A DNA stretch of 64,000 bases from a virus (lineage: Duplodnaviria > Caudoviricetes). A program made the position numbers and the translations under genes. The DNA lies in the IMG/VR virus record IMGVR_UViG_3300037512_001279, positions 57,657 through 121,656 of that record; one strand, written 5' to 3'. How positions within the stretch are numbered: position 1 is the stretch's first letter; each line of letters opens with the position of its first letter. Below the pieces are notes generated by a model, which made no database searches, was not told the DNA's origin, and saw nothing but the letters and a program-made list of their open reading frames with translations. Positions 17,809-28,172 of this stretch are shown here, one piece after another.

Positions 17809-18880
17809 TCTGAATAAATCTCCTTTCATTTCTATTGCATAATGTAATCCCATTCATAAGCGGGCAACCACCACCGCACATTGCCCTATTGGGACAACCA
17901 GGGCAAGAATGATTTAATGAATACCTAAATCTGTCGAACATTGCACTATCCCAAACTTCCTGAATAGTATGATCTCTCAGGTTCATGTGCCATTTTGGAT
18001 CTTGATTTGCAAAACTGCATGGCATCATATTCATATTTGCATCAATGTATGCAGAAAATCTACCGCCTTCACAGAAGTCAAGACTGTTCAGATCAATGTT
18101 GTGCGAGTAGTTAATAATACCAGCACAGGTACAACTGTCAAATCCAATCTTGTGGTGGAAATTTTGTTTGCTAACCAATTCAAAAAATTCCTTCACTTTT
18201 GGATCGTCTGGTTTAAGTACATTTTCTGAACGACCAAGCGGTAGCACGTTCTTGTAAAGCAAAAACACAACCGCATTTAATCCTTGTTTGAAACTGTCAT
18301 TCCTTAATCTGCTAATGGCTTCATCAATGGAATTATTTCCGAGAACATAATGAAGACTTGTCTTTACTCCGGCATTCATTAACATGTCAAGTGCCTTATT
18401 CGTGTAATCTGTATTATGCTCTGACACTGCAACCGCGCCGCAATATTCCTTACAAAGTCTAGCCTTCTCAGGAGTCATCATAATTCCACTGGTAGTAAAG
18501 TTCGGAACCATACCATACTGTCTTGTTAACTTTAAAAGCTCTTCAAAGTTCTCGTGAGTATCAACATCACCTGCACCTCCAAGGGCAATTTGCAGGCACT
18601 TACCCTCACACTGTTTCATAATGGATTCATAGTCTTTAACAGACATGTTTGCACCGCATCTTCCAATGGCATTTTGATAACAATCTACTTTACATCTATG
18701 AGCGCATACGCATGTCTGCATTACTCCAATATCCAATAACTCAGGAAAGCTTGCCATAAAAGGATCTACGCCAGTATCATTACCATTCTCATCCAACACG
18801 CCACTTCTCATGTAAAACCCTGTGTCAGTATTAAAAATTGATACAAACTTATTCTTCTTATCATTTTTTCCGATTAACAT
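17798..18880 (-). CDS. radical SAM enzyme with SPASM domain
   Basis: CVCAHRCKVDC cluster motif, IALGGAGD, NFTTSG; SPASM CEGG..YIDANMNMMPC..CPGC.....CGGGC. Confidence 0.9.
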   Translation of the reverse strand: MLIGKNDKKNKFVSIFNTDTGFYMRSGVLDENGNDTGVDPFMASFPELLDIGVMQTCVCAHRCKVDCYQNAIGRCGANMSVKDYESIMKQCEGKCLQIALGGAGDVDTHENFEELLKLTRQYGMVPNFTTSGIMMTPEKARLCKEYCGAVAVSEHNTDYTNKALDMLMNAGVKTSLHYVLGNNSIDEAISRLRNDSFKQGLNAVVFLLYKNVLPLGRSENVLKPDDPKVKEFFELVSKQNFHHKIGFDSCTCAGIINYSHNIDLNSLDFCEGGRFSAYIDANMNMMPCSFANQDPKWHMNLRDHTIQEVWDSAMFDRFRYSLNHSCPGCPNRAMCGGGCPLMNGITLCNRNERRFIQNEV

Positions 18881-18909
18881 TCCACATACCTCCAAATTTA
18901 TTTTGTAAA

Positions 18910-19365
18910 CTATTTCAGTTTACAAATGAGAATCTCAACATCTAATTCTCCAAAAATTTCCTTGATAATTTCAGAAACTTTATCCCACTGTAACTTATCC
19001 AAGCCACATCCGATTTGTGGCATTGCGATTTTCCTAACATCAGGATTATTGATTACCATGGTTCTCATTGCTTTAAGAGCAGATTTCAACGTGTCATAAG
19101 TCGGCTTAAACCAATATTTCTTTTTAGTTATTAGATTATACACGCGACCTTCCAACAAACATGTTCCATGCTCATTGAATATATCCCATCTGTCCTCAAA
19201 ACTGTGACCATATTTGTTGATTAAGCGATTCTTTATGTCAAAATATCTATTGAATTGAACCGCAATACCAGCTCCCATTGCAAAATCTGCACTAATACAT
19301 TGTGCAAAATAGTAATCATCAGATACGGAGAACAAATCTCTTATCTCTTCTTTATAGAGCATCAT
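18910..19365 (-). CDS. macro domain ADP-ribosyl hydrolase (TARG1/DarG-like)
   Basis: CISADFAMGAGIA, YNLITK, IAMPQIGCGLDKLQW. Confidence 0.88.
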   Translation of the reverse strand: MMLYKEEIRDLFSVSDDYYFAQCISADFAMGAGIAVQFNRYFDIKNRLINKYGHSFEDRWDIFNEHGTCLLEGRVYNLITKKKYWFKPTYDTLKSALKAMRTMVINNPDVRKIAMPQIGCGLDKLQWDKVSEIIKEIFGELDVEILICKLK

Positions 19366-19691
19366 TCATCCTCTTCATAGCACAAAAATTGGTAACTTGC
19401 CGGAACCTGAGACATCAGCAAAGATTTCATTATCAAAACCACGCTTTCGCCGTTAGTTTCATTTTCAAGGCAAACTAAAACCTGATCATAATTATTTTTG
19501 TTTGTGTATAATTCATAAATTGCCATTTTTTCAACAATCGTTCCGTCATACATAATCGCTTTGTTTCTTCCAGGAATCAGTATCTGTTCTTCATTATCCT
19601 GCAAAAATCTTCTGTAAAAGAACTCTGCAGAAGCCCAATCATCTGCAATAAGTGCAACCTTTAATGTTGATTTTTCTTTTTCTTCGTCCAT
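19362..19691 (-). CDS. hypothetical protein
   Basis: GGAGG RBS; overlaps next start. Confidence 0.65.
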   Translation of the reverse strand: MDEEKEKSTLKVALIADDWASAEFFYRRFLQDNEEQILIPGRNKAIMYDGTIVEKMAIYELYTNKNNYDQVLVCLENETNGESVVLIMKSLLMSQVPASYQFLCYEEDE

Positions 19692-19731
19692 ATGAAATCA
19701 CCTCCATAGTTATTCATTCTCCAAATGAAAT

Positions 19732-19761
19732 AAAAAAAGAGCGAAATTAATCGCTCTTTTT
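19732..19761. terminator. bidirectional terminator
   Basis: AAAAAGAGCGA-AATTAA-TCGCTCTTTTT. Confidence 0.7.
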
Positions 19762-19762
19762 A

Positions 19763-19823
19763 AGTAACATATTTTTTTTGATAGTAACATTTAAAATGTT
19801 ACTATGTAATTTTTTGTGTTACT
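19763..19823. repeat. symmetric array of four AGTAACA sites
   Basis: AGTAACAT at 19763 and 19783; ATGTTACT/GTGTTACT at 19796 and 19816. Confidence 0.7.
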
Positions 19824-19859
19824 ATATATAACACGGAAAGTATTTATGTTTTTCTAAAT

Positions 19860-20510
19860 TTATATTTTAGTTCTTTTAGTATGATTTGCATATGTCTTCC
19901 AGTCTGGTTCATATTCGTCGTTAGCCTGATTTCCCCACATAGCCCAATTATCTCTGTTGCCACGTGCAAATAATTCTATATAAGGCCCAGGACTACATGA
20001 TTCTATTAATGGTATGAATTCATCTGGCTTACGACTGTGTTCTCTCTTCATTGCCCTTATAAGATTTACTTGAGATCTTCCTGGTTGTAATGTGCGAAAT
20101 GTTTTTCCTTTCTTATTTGTTTTAACTCCAAACAGTATTATTTCAGTTACATTCCTAAAATAGAATCCAACACCCCTTCCATCAGGCATTCCATCTTTTC
20201 TAGTTTTTTCCCATATGATATTTGTCTTATAAGTGAATCCCCAAGACTTTAATACTTCAATTCCCTCTATTAATAAAGCGTTTGGAACCCACATATATAA
20301 ATGAGCATCGTCTGCTGTAATTTCATTTACAGGCAAAGATTTTATATCATTTAAAGCCATTGTTGGATATCTTTTATTCTTCATATTTTCAGGAGCAATT
20401 TTACCAGTTCTGTTGCTAAATTGCCATGGTGGGTCTGCATAAACTGTAACAAATTTTTTATCTCCACAAAATTCAAGTAAGTTTTTTGCAGTATCATTCA
20501 TTTCTAACAT
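19860..20510 (-). CDS. MT-A70 family adenine methyltransferase
   Basis: YADPPW, HLYMW, WGFTYKT, GFYFRNVTE, HSRKP, IELFAR. Confidence 0.92.
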   Translation of the reverse strand: MLEMNDTAKNLLEFCGDKKFVTVYADPPWQFSNRTGKIAPENMKNKRYPTMALNDIKSLPVNEITADDAHLYMWVPNALLIEGIEVLKSWGFTYKTNIIWEKTRKDGMPDGRGVGFYFRNVTEIILFGVKTNKKGKTFRTLQPGRSQVNLIRAMKREHSRKPDEFIPLIESCSPGPYIELFARGNRDNWAMWGNQANDEYEPDWKTYANHTKRTKI

Positions 20511-21147
20511 TCTCCTTACATATGCCTATTGCAAGTATTGGACATCCACCTTGTCTTCTACTATCAAGTCTGTATTTTAGTTTTCCAATCCATGTAGTAG
20601 AAGACCCATATTTGCTCTTTACACCAAGCCTCGTGAATATTTCATTTAGGTTTTCTGCTCTTGTTACTATAACGCCAACATCAATTATACCACATTCAAA
20701 ATATGTGCGCATTGCTAATATATCTCTATCGAATGTCTGATCTTTTGAATTCCATTCTAAATCAAGAGCCACTTTTCCTTTTATAAAATCAACATTATGA
20801 CCATCTATAAATTGTTTAATAACTATTTCATCAGTAGGTGTTTCTTCAAAATTACCTTTATGGCATCCACGATTACGTTGATATGATCTAACATGAAGAT
20901 CTCCAGAAATCCTTATTTCTCTCCATCCATAAGGATAAAGTACATTATCAAATTTTTTTGGTATTGCTGATTCTGACCCGCCTGCGTCAGTAATATCAGA
21001 ATGTACTATTTTAAATTTTCTCAAACATTCCTCAATCTCTGACCATTGCTTAGGATATCCTATAGAAATAATCTCCAATGCATGCCCATAGTTTAAAAAT
21101 TCATATCGAGGCAGAAGTTCTGGCCATATATAGTCTTTTAATTCCAT
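20494..21147 (-). CDS. BglII/BstYI-family type II restriction endonuclease
   Basis: HNVDFIKGKVALDLEWNSKD..FDRD PD-(D/E)xK-variant core; paired with MT-A70 MTase. Confidence 0.8.
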   Translation of the reverse strand: MELKDYIWPELLPRYEFLNYGHALEIISIGYPKQWSEIEECLRKFKIVHSDITDAGGSESAIPKKFDNVLYPYGWREIRISGDLHVRSYQRNRGCHKGNFEETPTDEIVIKQFIDGHNVDFIKGKVALDLEWNSKDQTFDRDILAMRTYFECGIIDVGVIVTRAENLNEIFTRLGVKSKYGSSTTWIGKLKYRLDSRRQGGCPILAIGICKENVRNE

Positions 21148-21310
21148 TAAACCACCCCCCAATAATATATTTTTATAATTTAATATATCATAAAATGAGG
21201 ATGTAATGCAATAAAAAGACAAATTTAACCATTCAAACTGTTGTAAATGTCGTAGTCATTAGGCACTTTTAGACGGATAATATATATACTTTTTCTGATG
21301 AATTACTTGT

Positions 21311-22242
21311 TTATACCTGAATGCTGTTGCAAATGTCGTAATCAGTAACCCACCATTCCTTCTCGTCCGTGTCAGTCCATTTGCCGTTAACCATAACCTT
21401 TTTATTCTGTTTCGCCTGATTCTTAACCTTGATGATGTCACCAATTCGGATCGGATTGTTTTCAAACAACTTCTTTGCAATCTTAACCGGAATGGTATTG
21501 CCATTCGCCATGGCATATAGCTTAAGTTTTGGCGAATATTTTGTATCTAAATCAGTAACATAGCAATATCCTGCATACTTCTTGTCAACTATGTCAACAT
21601 ATCCAAGGTTTTCCATTTGATACGCTATTTTTTGTTTAGTAGTAGTCCTGTATGTCCTGTATTTATCAGACAGAATCTTTACCAATTTAGCGCCGTCCAA
21701 CTCCATAAAAGTCTTGGGAGTCTCTTTACTGCAACACGACCTGATTAATTCAAAATCAAGACCACTCTCCAAAGCCTTGTCTTTTTTAATCTGCTTCTTT
21801 GAATAATATTCAGAAAAGTATTCGTTGCACTTCAACAAATAAACAATATCGCCAAACTCCTCGAAGAAATTCAACTTTATTAGAATATCAAGTTTCCTAC
21901 TGTCAACCTTCAGGTCGCCAATTCTTGCCAATAAATCAATAAACGAATCAAATGATTCTTCTCTAATGGAATACAGATCATCTGCCGCAGTTTCGTTAAG
22001 GAATTTTACAGACTCAATTCCTTTATAAATTCCAGTTTCGTCACACGAATATTTTGCGGTTGAGTGCCTAAATTTAATGCTATGAATAGGAATTCCAAGT
22101 TGTTTTGCCAATTGAGTACCCATCATAATGTCGTCTTCGTTATTGGCATTATTAAGGTACGCCGTGATAAATTCCTTCGGATAATAATAACGCAAGTATG
22201 CGCACATATATCCAATCATTGAATAACCAGTGGAATGATTAT
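21311..22242 (-). CDS. dnaE: DNA polymerase III alpha subunit, exon 2
   Basis: NHSTGYSMIGYMCAYLRYYYPKEF; HhH and OB-like regions; joins exon 1 in frame. Confidence 0.88.
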
Positions 22243-22555
22243 CGTTTTACCCATTATTTCTAATGGAACAGACTATATCATCAACTTAATTACTTAAGTT
22301 GTCTTGCACTACCGGTGGCAACTCATCTTCCACCGTCTTATACATAATGTATGTTTAGTCGTTTGACCTTATAAACTAAAATTAGTTTATCTTGGCACAG
22401 GATTGACACCAACTTTACTTGCTGTGCTTTCCCTGTTAGCGCAATTTTTAGCCATCATTTCCTATGGTTACTAAACGTAAATTGCACACCCATGAGTAAT
22501 ATGGTTCACAAGATTATTCAATATACGTCACCGTATAAGGGGGCTAATCATCCTA
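22243..22555 (-). mobile_element. ORF-less group I intron in dnaE (313 nt)
   Basis: Exon ends GGGU pairing with GCCC (P1); P7 GACUA/UAGUC with GAUAUAGUC S-element; terminal G; splicing restores YQFGYNHSTGY. Confidence 0.88.
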
Positions 22556-24848
22556 ACCCAAATTGATAACTTGCACTGTCTTCAATGATTTGTAAGAACG
22601 CTTTGGCTTCTTTCTCAGCAACGTCTCTCGTCTTATCAGATTTACTGCAATATCCTTCAAGGATTGCAGGTAATGCAGCTTCAAGTCTATCCTTTTGTTT
22701 TCTACCTATTGCACGACGAATGTTGTCTGCCTGAGATCCACTAAGACCACATATGTTTGTAAGAAATTTGATTGTATCCTCCTGGAATACCAAATATCCA
22801 TCGTTTTCTTTTAGAAGGTCGTCGATTAATTTTGACGGATTTTTATTTGGAATTTTGGCAAGAAGCCTATCTCTATAACTTTCACCTGACGGACGCAATG
22901 CTGCATTTACCAAAGACAAATCGTTAACACAAGCACACTTAAACTTTTTCATTAGATCGAATGCATACCTGCCTTCAAATTGAAACACGCCTACTGGACT
23001 ATCTCCAATATGATCCCACACATTTTTATCTAGCCAATCTACAGTGTGAGACTTAGGATACGGAATGCCTGCCAAAATACAAGTATCCTTAATAATCTCA
23101 ATGTTCTTCAATCCCAACAAATCATACTTTACAAGGCTTACCTCGTGGATTTCCTCCATGTTAATCGACAGAATTCTTTTGCCGTCCTTCGCCCAGAAAG
23201 TGCCGTAATTGTCAGGAAGTGTTACCGGACTAACTATAATTCCTGCAGGATGCATGGATTGTGCTATTGTAGTTCCAACAAGTCCGTCAAAATAATAGAA
23301 TACTTTTGGATATTCAATTTCCTTCAGTCTCTTCAATGCCTTTTCTGCATTTTCAATCTTTTTCTTGCATTCTTCTAAGTCATTCTGAAGCTTTTCCGTC
23401 TGAACTGTTTTAAGATTTTCCTCAATCTTCTTCATCTTTTCTTGCGTATCTGCGATTGTTGACGTGAAGTTTGAGTATAATTCCTTAATGTTCTTTACTT
23501 CATCTAAAGGAATGTCAAGTGCCCTGCCGATTTCATCAATCGTTCCTTTGTCAGAAACCGTAGTCATTGCAAGCACGTATGCGGTTTTGTCAGCACCAAA
23601 CTTCTCAATAATGTGATCATACACAAGCTGTCTCTGTGACGGAGAAATGTCAAGATCAATGTCGCCAATTTCTTTACGGTCTTCGTTAGCAAATCTTGAG
23701 AATACCGTATTCCATACAATTGGATTAACGTCTATAATGTCAGTCAAATATGCTATGGTCGAACCGCCAACCGAACCCCTACAGAACCCCACCGGAATGT
23801 CGTTATCCCAACACCAGCACACAAGCTCTGACATGAACAGCATAAATCCAATCATTCCAATCTTTTTGAAAACTCTAAGCTCTTCCTGGATGTTCTCTTC
23901 ATATCTTGGATCAGGTTGAATTATTCCTTTTTCAAGCTTCTCGTGGTACATTCTGTATATTCTTTCAACAAAAACTTCTTCTTCGTTGTCATACAGAACC
24001 GGATATTTAAATGCCGTGTCAAGTTCATAGTCTTCAACCATGTCTGCCATGCGATTAGTATTCTCTATGGCTTCTAATACAACGTCCATTGGCAATGAAT
24101 TTTGCTGTCTAAACATTGCAACAAGTTCATCATAAGACTTGTAAGTAAGATCAAACTCGTCTTCATTTGAGAATTCAATCTTCTTAGCCTTTTGAAGGAT
24201 GCTTCTGCACTCGGCCTTATATTTATCAAGGCTATGCGTATCCGTCGCTGCAATCAACGGTTTACCGTATCTTTTAGATGCCTCCCATAATGCCTGATTG
24301 TACTTGATTTGTTCAAACGAGTTAACGTGTGGCTGAATTTCGTAATAATCATACGACCTAAGCAGTTTGTCATACGTTATCCTTGCGGTTTCATCATCAA
24401 CGGTTTCTTTTACAAATGCAGGATACCTGCTTAATGGAGATGCAAGACATGCAGAAATCTTAATTATGTTATCTGAAATGTTAAAGAACTCATCAAACGA
24501 AATTCTAGGCTTGTAATACATGTGATCTTCTCTAGTCGATGTGTCTACGAGTTTGTTTAATTCCTTGATTCCATCTTTGTTTTTTGCTATAAGGATGGTA
24601 TGGTAATTATCCCTGACCTTCGGCTCAAGCTCTGCCGTTAGGTAAATCTCAACGCCATGCATGTACTTTAAACCTTTTTCGTTGGCATACATTTTCTTTT
24701 CGATATTGTTATAAATATTGCCATGTTCCGTAAAACATATTGCGGTTTGTCCAAGCTCTGCGGCTCTGTCTACATACAATTTGTAGTTCGTACAACTATC
24801 TAGCAATGAATCTTCCGTATGCAAATGATAGCAAACATAATTCGGCAC
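22556..24848 (-). CDS. dnaE: DNA polymerase III alpha subunit, exon 1
   Basis: PHP HLHT..SLLD, TEHG, RGSVGGS, DIDLD, HPAG, KYDLLGL, GVFQFE, VFQE. Confidence 0.93.
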
Positions 24849-24859
24849 AATCTCACCTC

Positions 24860-25699
24860 CTAAAATCCATTAGGGTTGTAGTAATCGTCTGACGGATCAT
24901 TTTTAGTTATTGGCATTGGCTTGAATTCACAGGCATTATTTCTTTGCGAACACAGGTAATTGCAATAGAAGAAGTCAGGATTACAAGGAAATTCTTTCTC
25001 TGCCTCAATCAATTTGATTGTATCTTCTGCCCATTTGATTGATTCTTCATACTCATCTTTCTTGAACGGTATCTTAATCCAGGTTCTTTCCTTAAACATG
25101 TTCCACCACAGTTCGTCAGCCCTACCATATTCAGCAATAACCGCAATGGAGTACAAATAAAGCTGATGCTTGAATTCAGTAAAGTGTGTCTGATCAGCTT
25201 TGCTTACCGTCCCGTTCTTCAATACCTTCATTGATGCACTCTTATGGTCAAGAATAATAATCTTTCCCGTTTCTTTTTCTTTTAGCAGCAAGTCAATAAA
25301 CCCAACAAATGGCTTTCCGGCAATCTCAAAATGCACTTCTTTCTCAACGCCAAGGATTTCAAATTCATCTAAATCCAAATCAATGTTGTCAAAATAATCC
25401 AAACCCTTGTTGTAATATGATTCCATAAGGTCGACATATTTGTTTGGCGGTGCGTCATGTACTACGTCTTCAGAAAACTGCTTTTGATATTCATCTGAAA
25501 CTTCAAAGATTGATATCTCGCCTTTAGCATACTTTTCTAGCACTTTATGGCATGCACCGCCAAATTCGCCAAAGAACCCATTCTCTCCACGTTCGTCATC
25601 AATGTACTGCCTGTACCATTCGTGTGGGCAATTGTAAAAACTGTTTAGACGCGAAAAACTCCAAGTCATTGTATCTAAAATAAATTGTTCAGATTCCAA
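24860..25699 (-). CDS. PD-(D/E)XK exonuclease (Cas4/RecB-like)
   Basis: WSFSRL..CP, FGGACHKVLE, GFIDL..ILDHKS, QLYLY, C-terminal CxxxC..C. Confidence 0.85.
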   Translation of the reverse strand: MESEQFILDTMTWSFSRLNSFYNCPHEWYRQYIDDERGENGFFGEFGGACHKVLEKYAKGEISIFEVSDEYQKQFSEDVVHDAPPNKYVDLMESYYNKGLDYFDNIDLDLDEFEILGVEKEVHFEIAGKPFVGFIDLLLKEKETGKIIILDHKSASMKVLKNGTVSKADQTHFTEFKHQLYLYSIAVIAEYGRADELWWNMFKERTWIKIPFKKDEYEESIKWAEDTIKLIEAEKEFPCNPDFFYCNYLCSQRNNACEFKPMPITKNDPSDDYYNPNGF

Positions 25700-25764
25700 A
25701 CCTATACCTCCTAAATAAAAAAAATTAGTGGGCAGATTTTTCTACCCACTAATTCATTCTCTAT

Positions 25765-27672
25765 TTATTGGTCAGGAAATTGATCTTTGTTGTCTAACGG
25801 ATACGGAATTTTGTCTGCATACTTCTTTCTATCCCATCCGTAAATCCTGTCGAACTCGTCATAATTCGAATAAAAACGCCTGTCAACGGTGTCATAATGC
25901 ACCGGAATTTCTTTCTGTGAACCAAAAATTCTGTCCTTTATTACAGAAATAACAACATCATAGCCGAAGTATTTTTCTTTTGGATTCCGTTTTATTTCCT
26001 CACGCACTCTCTTAAGACCAATTGTCCTAGTAGCAAGGTTAACAATATTCTGTGATCCTGCAATGTCAAACAAACCAATGTCATAACCACTCTGCATCTT
26101 TCTAGGATGAGCAACCATGACTACGGCAACGTCATATTTCATGGAAAACTTAATTAGTTTATTTACAAAATCAGTTTGAGCCTTATTGCCGTCCTGCATG
26201 TCATGCAACTGTACGGTCATCAAATTATCTATAATAAACAGCCTTAGCCCTTTTTTAGTGGCACACAGTTCCATACTTTCGAATAGTTTATCTTCTGAGT
26301 TTTCTTCTTCGTCTCTATAAATAAAGAAACTGTCATCATAATATTTCGTAATCTGTTCTTTTGCACTATTGTCAACAACGTAGAAATCATTGCCGTTAGC
26401 GAGCTTTATGGATTTCATGTTACGACGGCCTGCAGCCACTTGAGCAAACCAACCTTTTGACATGCCATTTAGAAGCTCTCTTGAGAACAGGAACGTCTTA
26501 TATCCACTGTCCATGGCACTAAGGACTATCTGATTCAAAAACGTTGTTTTTCCTGCACTTGGAAGTCCAGTAAGGATCGTAACGCCACCAGTAAATATTT
26601 TCATTAACTCTTTATCTAATTCCTGAATTCCAATTTCAAATCCGTCCATCTCCGTAGGATTTAATTCCTTAATCTCTGACAACTTTGCAACGGAAGTGAT
26701 TGGAATGTCTTTTGCTTCTAGGATAAGGTCAAGAAGAAATTGCTTTCCTTTTGCTTGCAGTATTTCGTTGGCATCCTTTACCGGAACCATTTGTCCGGTG
26801 TTCTTAAACTCTAATTCTTTTGGTATCTCAACATACTTACACCTGATTGCACCGAGGCGATTGATCACTTCATTTCTCATCTTAATGCCAGGTTTGTCGC
26901 CGTCACTAAATACGATGATTTGGTCAAACTCCTGCAGCCAATCCCACAGATTCTCAATCCATCCCATGGATTGACAACCTTTAAGAATTGAAACGCAATT
27001 AAGATATCCTGCTTCTATCACTGACGCACAATCAATCTGCCCTTCAGTAATTACCAAAGGCTTTGTGGTATTTACTCTGTTCATGTTGAACAGGATGTCT
27101 GCAACGTCTGCATCCTTCTGAAACCAACACTTATTTTCGTCAGGTGCGGTCTTATATGACTTGCGGTAGTTTACAACTGTCAAAGTGTCATACTGATCAT
27201 AAGTGTGGAATGCAACGTTGCCGTGTTCATCTGAACGAATGTCAAGGTAATCAATTGTATTTTTACTAAGTCCTCTAGCTCCGAGATATTCATACACCTT
27301 TGTCATGTCATTCCAATTGGCTTCTTCGTGTGGATATTTGTATTTGTGAAGAACCTTTACGTGCTGTTCAGGACAGCTAAATTCTTCACCTGCTTTCTCA
27401 CACATGTATTTAACTGAATCAATAAACGTGCTTCCCTTCTCCATAAGCACGTCTATAAGATCAACGGTCTTTCCACATGAAAAACAATGGAAATATCCCT
27501 CTTTTTTATTATAAATAAAGCTCGGCGTCTTCTCGTTGTGATACGGACAGCATGCTTTAAGATTTTTCTCATCAAACTTTTCAAGGTCAAGAAGTTCTGC
27601 CATTAAAAAAGCATTTTTATCTCCAAGTTTTTCCTTGGCTTTTGTTATAAGTTCTTTTTCTATGACCGCCAA
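25765..27672 (-). CDS. bifunctional primase-helicase (CHC2 zinc finger, TOPRIM, SF4 helicase)
   Basis: CPYHNEKTPSF..CFSC, ITEGQID, DGD, GLPSAGKT, IIDNL, VAHPRK. Confidence 0.9.
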   Translation of the reverse strand: MAVIEKELITKAKEKLGDKNAFLMAELLDLEKFDEKNLKACCPYHNEKTPSFIYNKKEGYFHCFSCGKTVDLIDVLMEKGSTFIDSVKYMCEKAGEEFSCPEQHVKVLHKYKYPHEEANWNDMTKVYEYLGARGLSKNTIDYLDIRSDEHGNVAFHTYDQYDTLTVVNYRKSYKTAPDENKCWFQKDADVADILFNMNRVNTTKPLVITEGQIDCASVIEAGYLNCVSILKGCQSMGWIENLWDWLQEFDQIIVFSDGDKPGIKMRNEVINRLGAIRCKYVEIPKELEFKNTGQMVPVKDANEILQAKGKQFLLDLILEAKDIPITSVAKLSEIKELNPTEMDGFEIGIQELDKELMKIFTGGVTILTGLPSAGKTTFLNQIVLSAMDSGYKTFLFSRELLNGMSKGWFAQVAAGRRNMKSIKLANGNDFYVVDNSAKEQITKYYDDSFFIYRDEEENSEDKLFESMELCATKKGLRLFIIDNLMTVQLHDMQDGNKAQTDFVNKLIKFSMKYDVAVVMVAHPRKMQSGYDIGLFDIAGSQNIVNLATRTIGLKRVREEIKRNPKEKYFGYDVVISVIKDRIFGSQKEIPVHYDTVDRRFYSNYDEFDRIYGWDRKKYADKIPYPLDNKDQFPDQ

Positions 27673-27748
27673 AACTGAACCTCCCTTCTAAAGTTAACCA
27701 CGGCTAAAGATTGACTAAAGCCGTGGTTTTGTGAAATCAACTAGTTTT

Positions 27749-28153
27749 TTAGTTGAAAGGAAGCTCCTCCGTGATATTGTCAGGAACATTCATAAAAGCA
27801 TTGTCTGCCCCTGCAGGAGCACTGTTGCCGTCTCCCTTCTTCTCTACGAATTCAACACTCTCGCAAGCAACCTCTGTTGTGTAAACCTTTGCCCCGTCCT
27901 TGTTGGTATAGCTGCCAGTTTGAATTCTTCCGGTAACTCCAATTGCCATTCCCTTTTTGAAAAACTTCTCAAGGAATTCTGCAGTCTTTCCGAATGCCAC
28001 GCAATTGATAAAGTCTGCATTCTGCTCACCCTCTTTAGCAAATCTTCTATTGATTGCTATTGAAAAACGAGCGATTGCAACGGGCTTCTCGCCTTGTGTG
28101 TAACGAATTTCAGGATCTCTTGTTAATCTTCCAACACCATTAAAACTATTCAT
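27749..28153 (-). CDS. ssb: single-stranded DNA-binding protein
   Basis: GRLTRDPE, ADFINCVAFG, acidic tail EELPFN. Confidence 0.95.
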   Translation of the reverse strand: MNSFNGVGRLTRDPEIRYTQGEKPVAIARFSIAINRRFAKEGEQNADFINCVAFGKTAEFLEKFFKKGMAIGVTGRIQTGSYTNKDGAKVYTTEVACESVEFVEKKGDGNSAPAGADNAFMNVPDNITEELPFN

Positions 28154-28172
28154 AATCTATTCTCCTCACGTT

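Noticed and set aside
17798-18880. Radical SAM as the NrdG activase for NrdD
   Set aside because: Too long, has a SPASM domain, lacks NrdG motifs and is coupled to the FVTNSSSSSF genes rather than nrdD
21311-24848. dnaE as a pseudogene or naturally two-subunit polymerase
   Set aside because: The gap has group I intron hallmarks and precise removal restores the conserved frame
24860-25699. Cas4 as evidence of a CRISPR-Cas locus
   Set aside because: Sits in the replication/recombination operon with Sak4 and SSB; no cas1/cas2 or array
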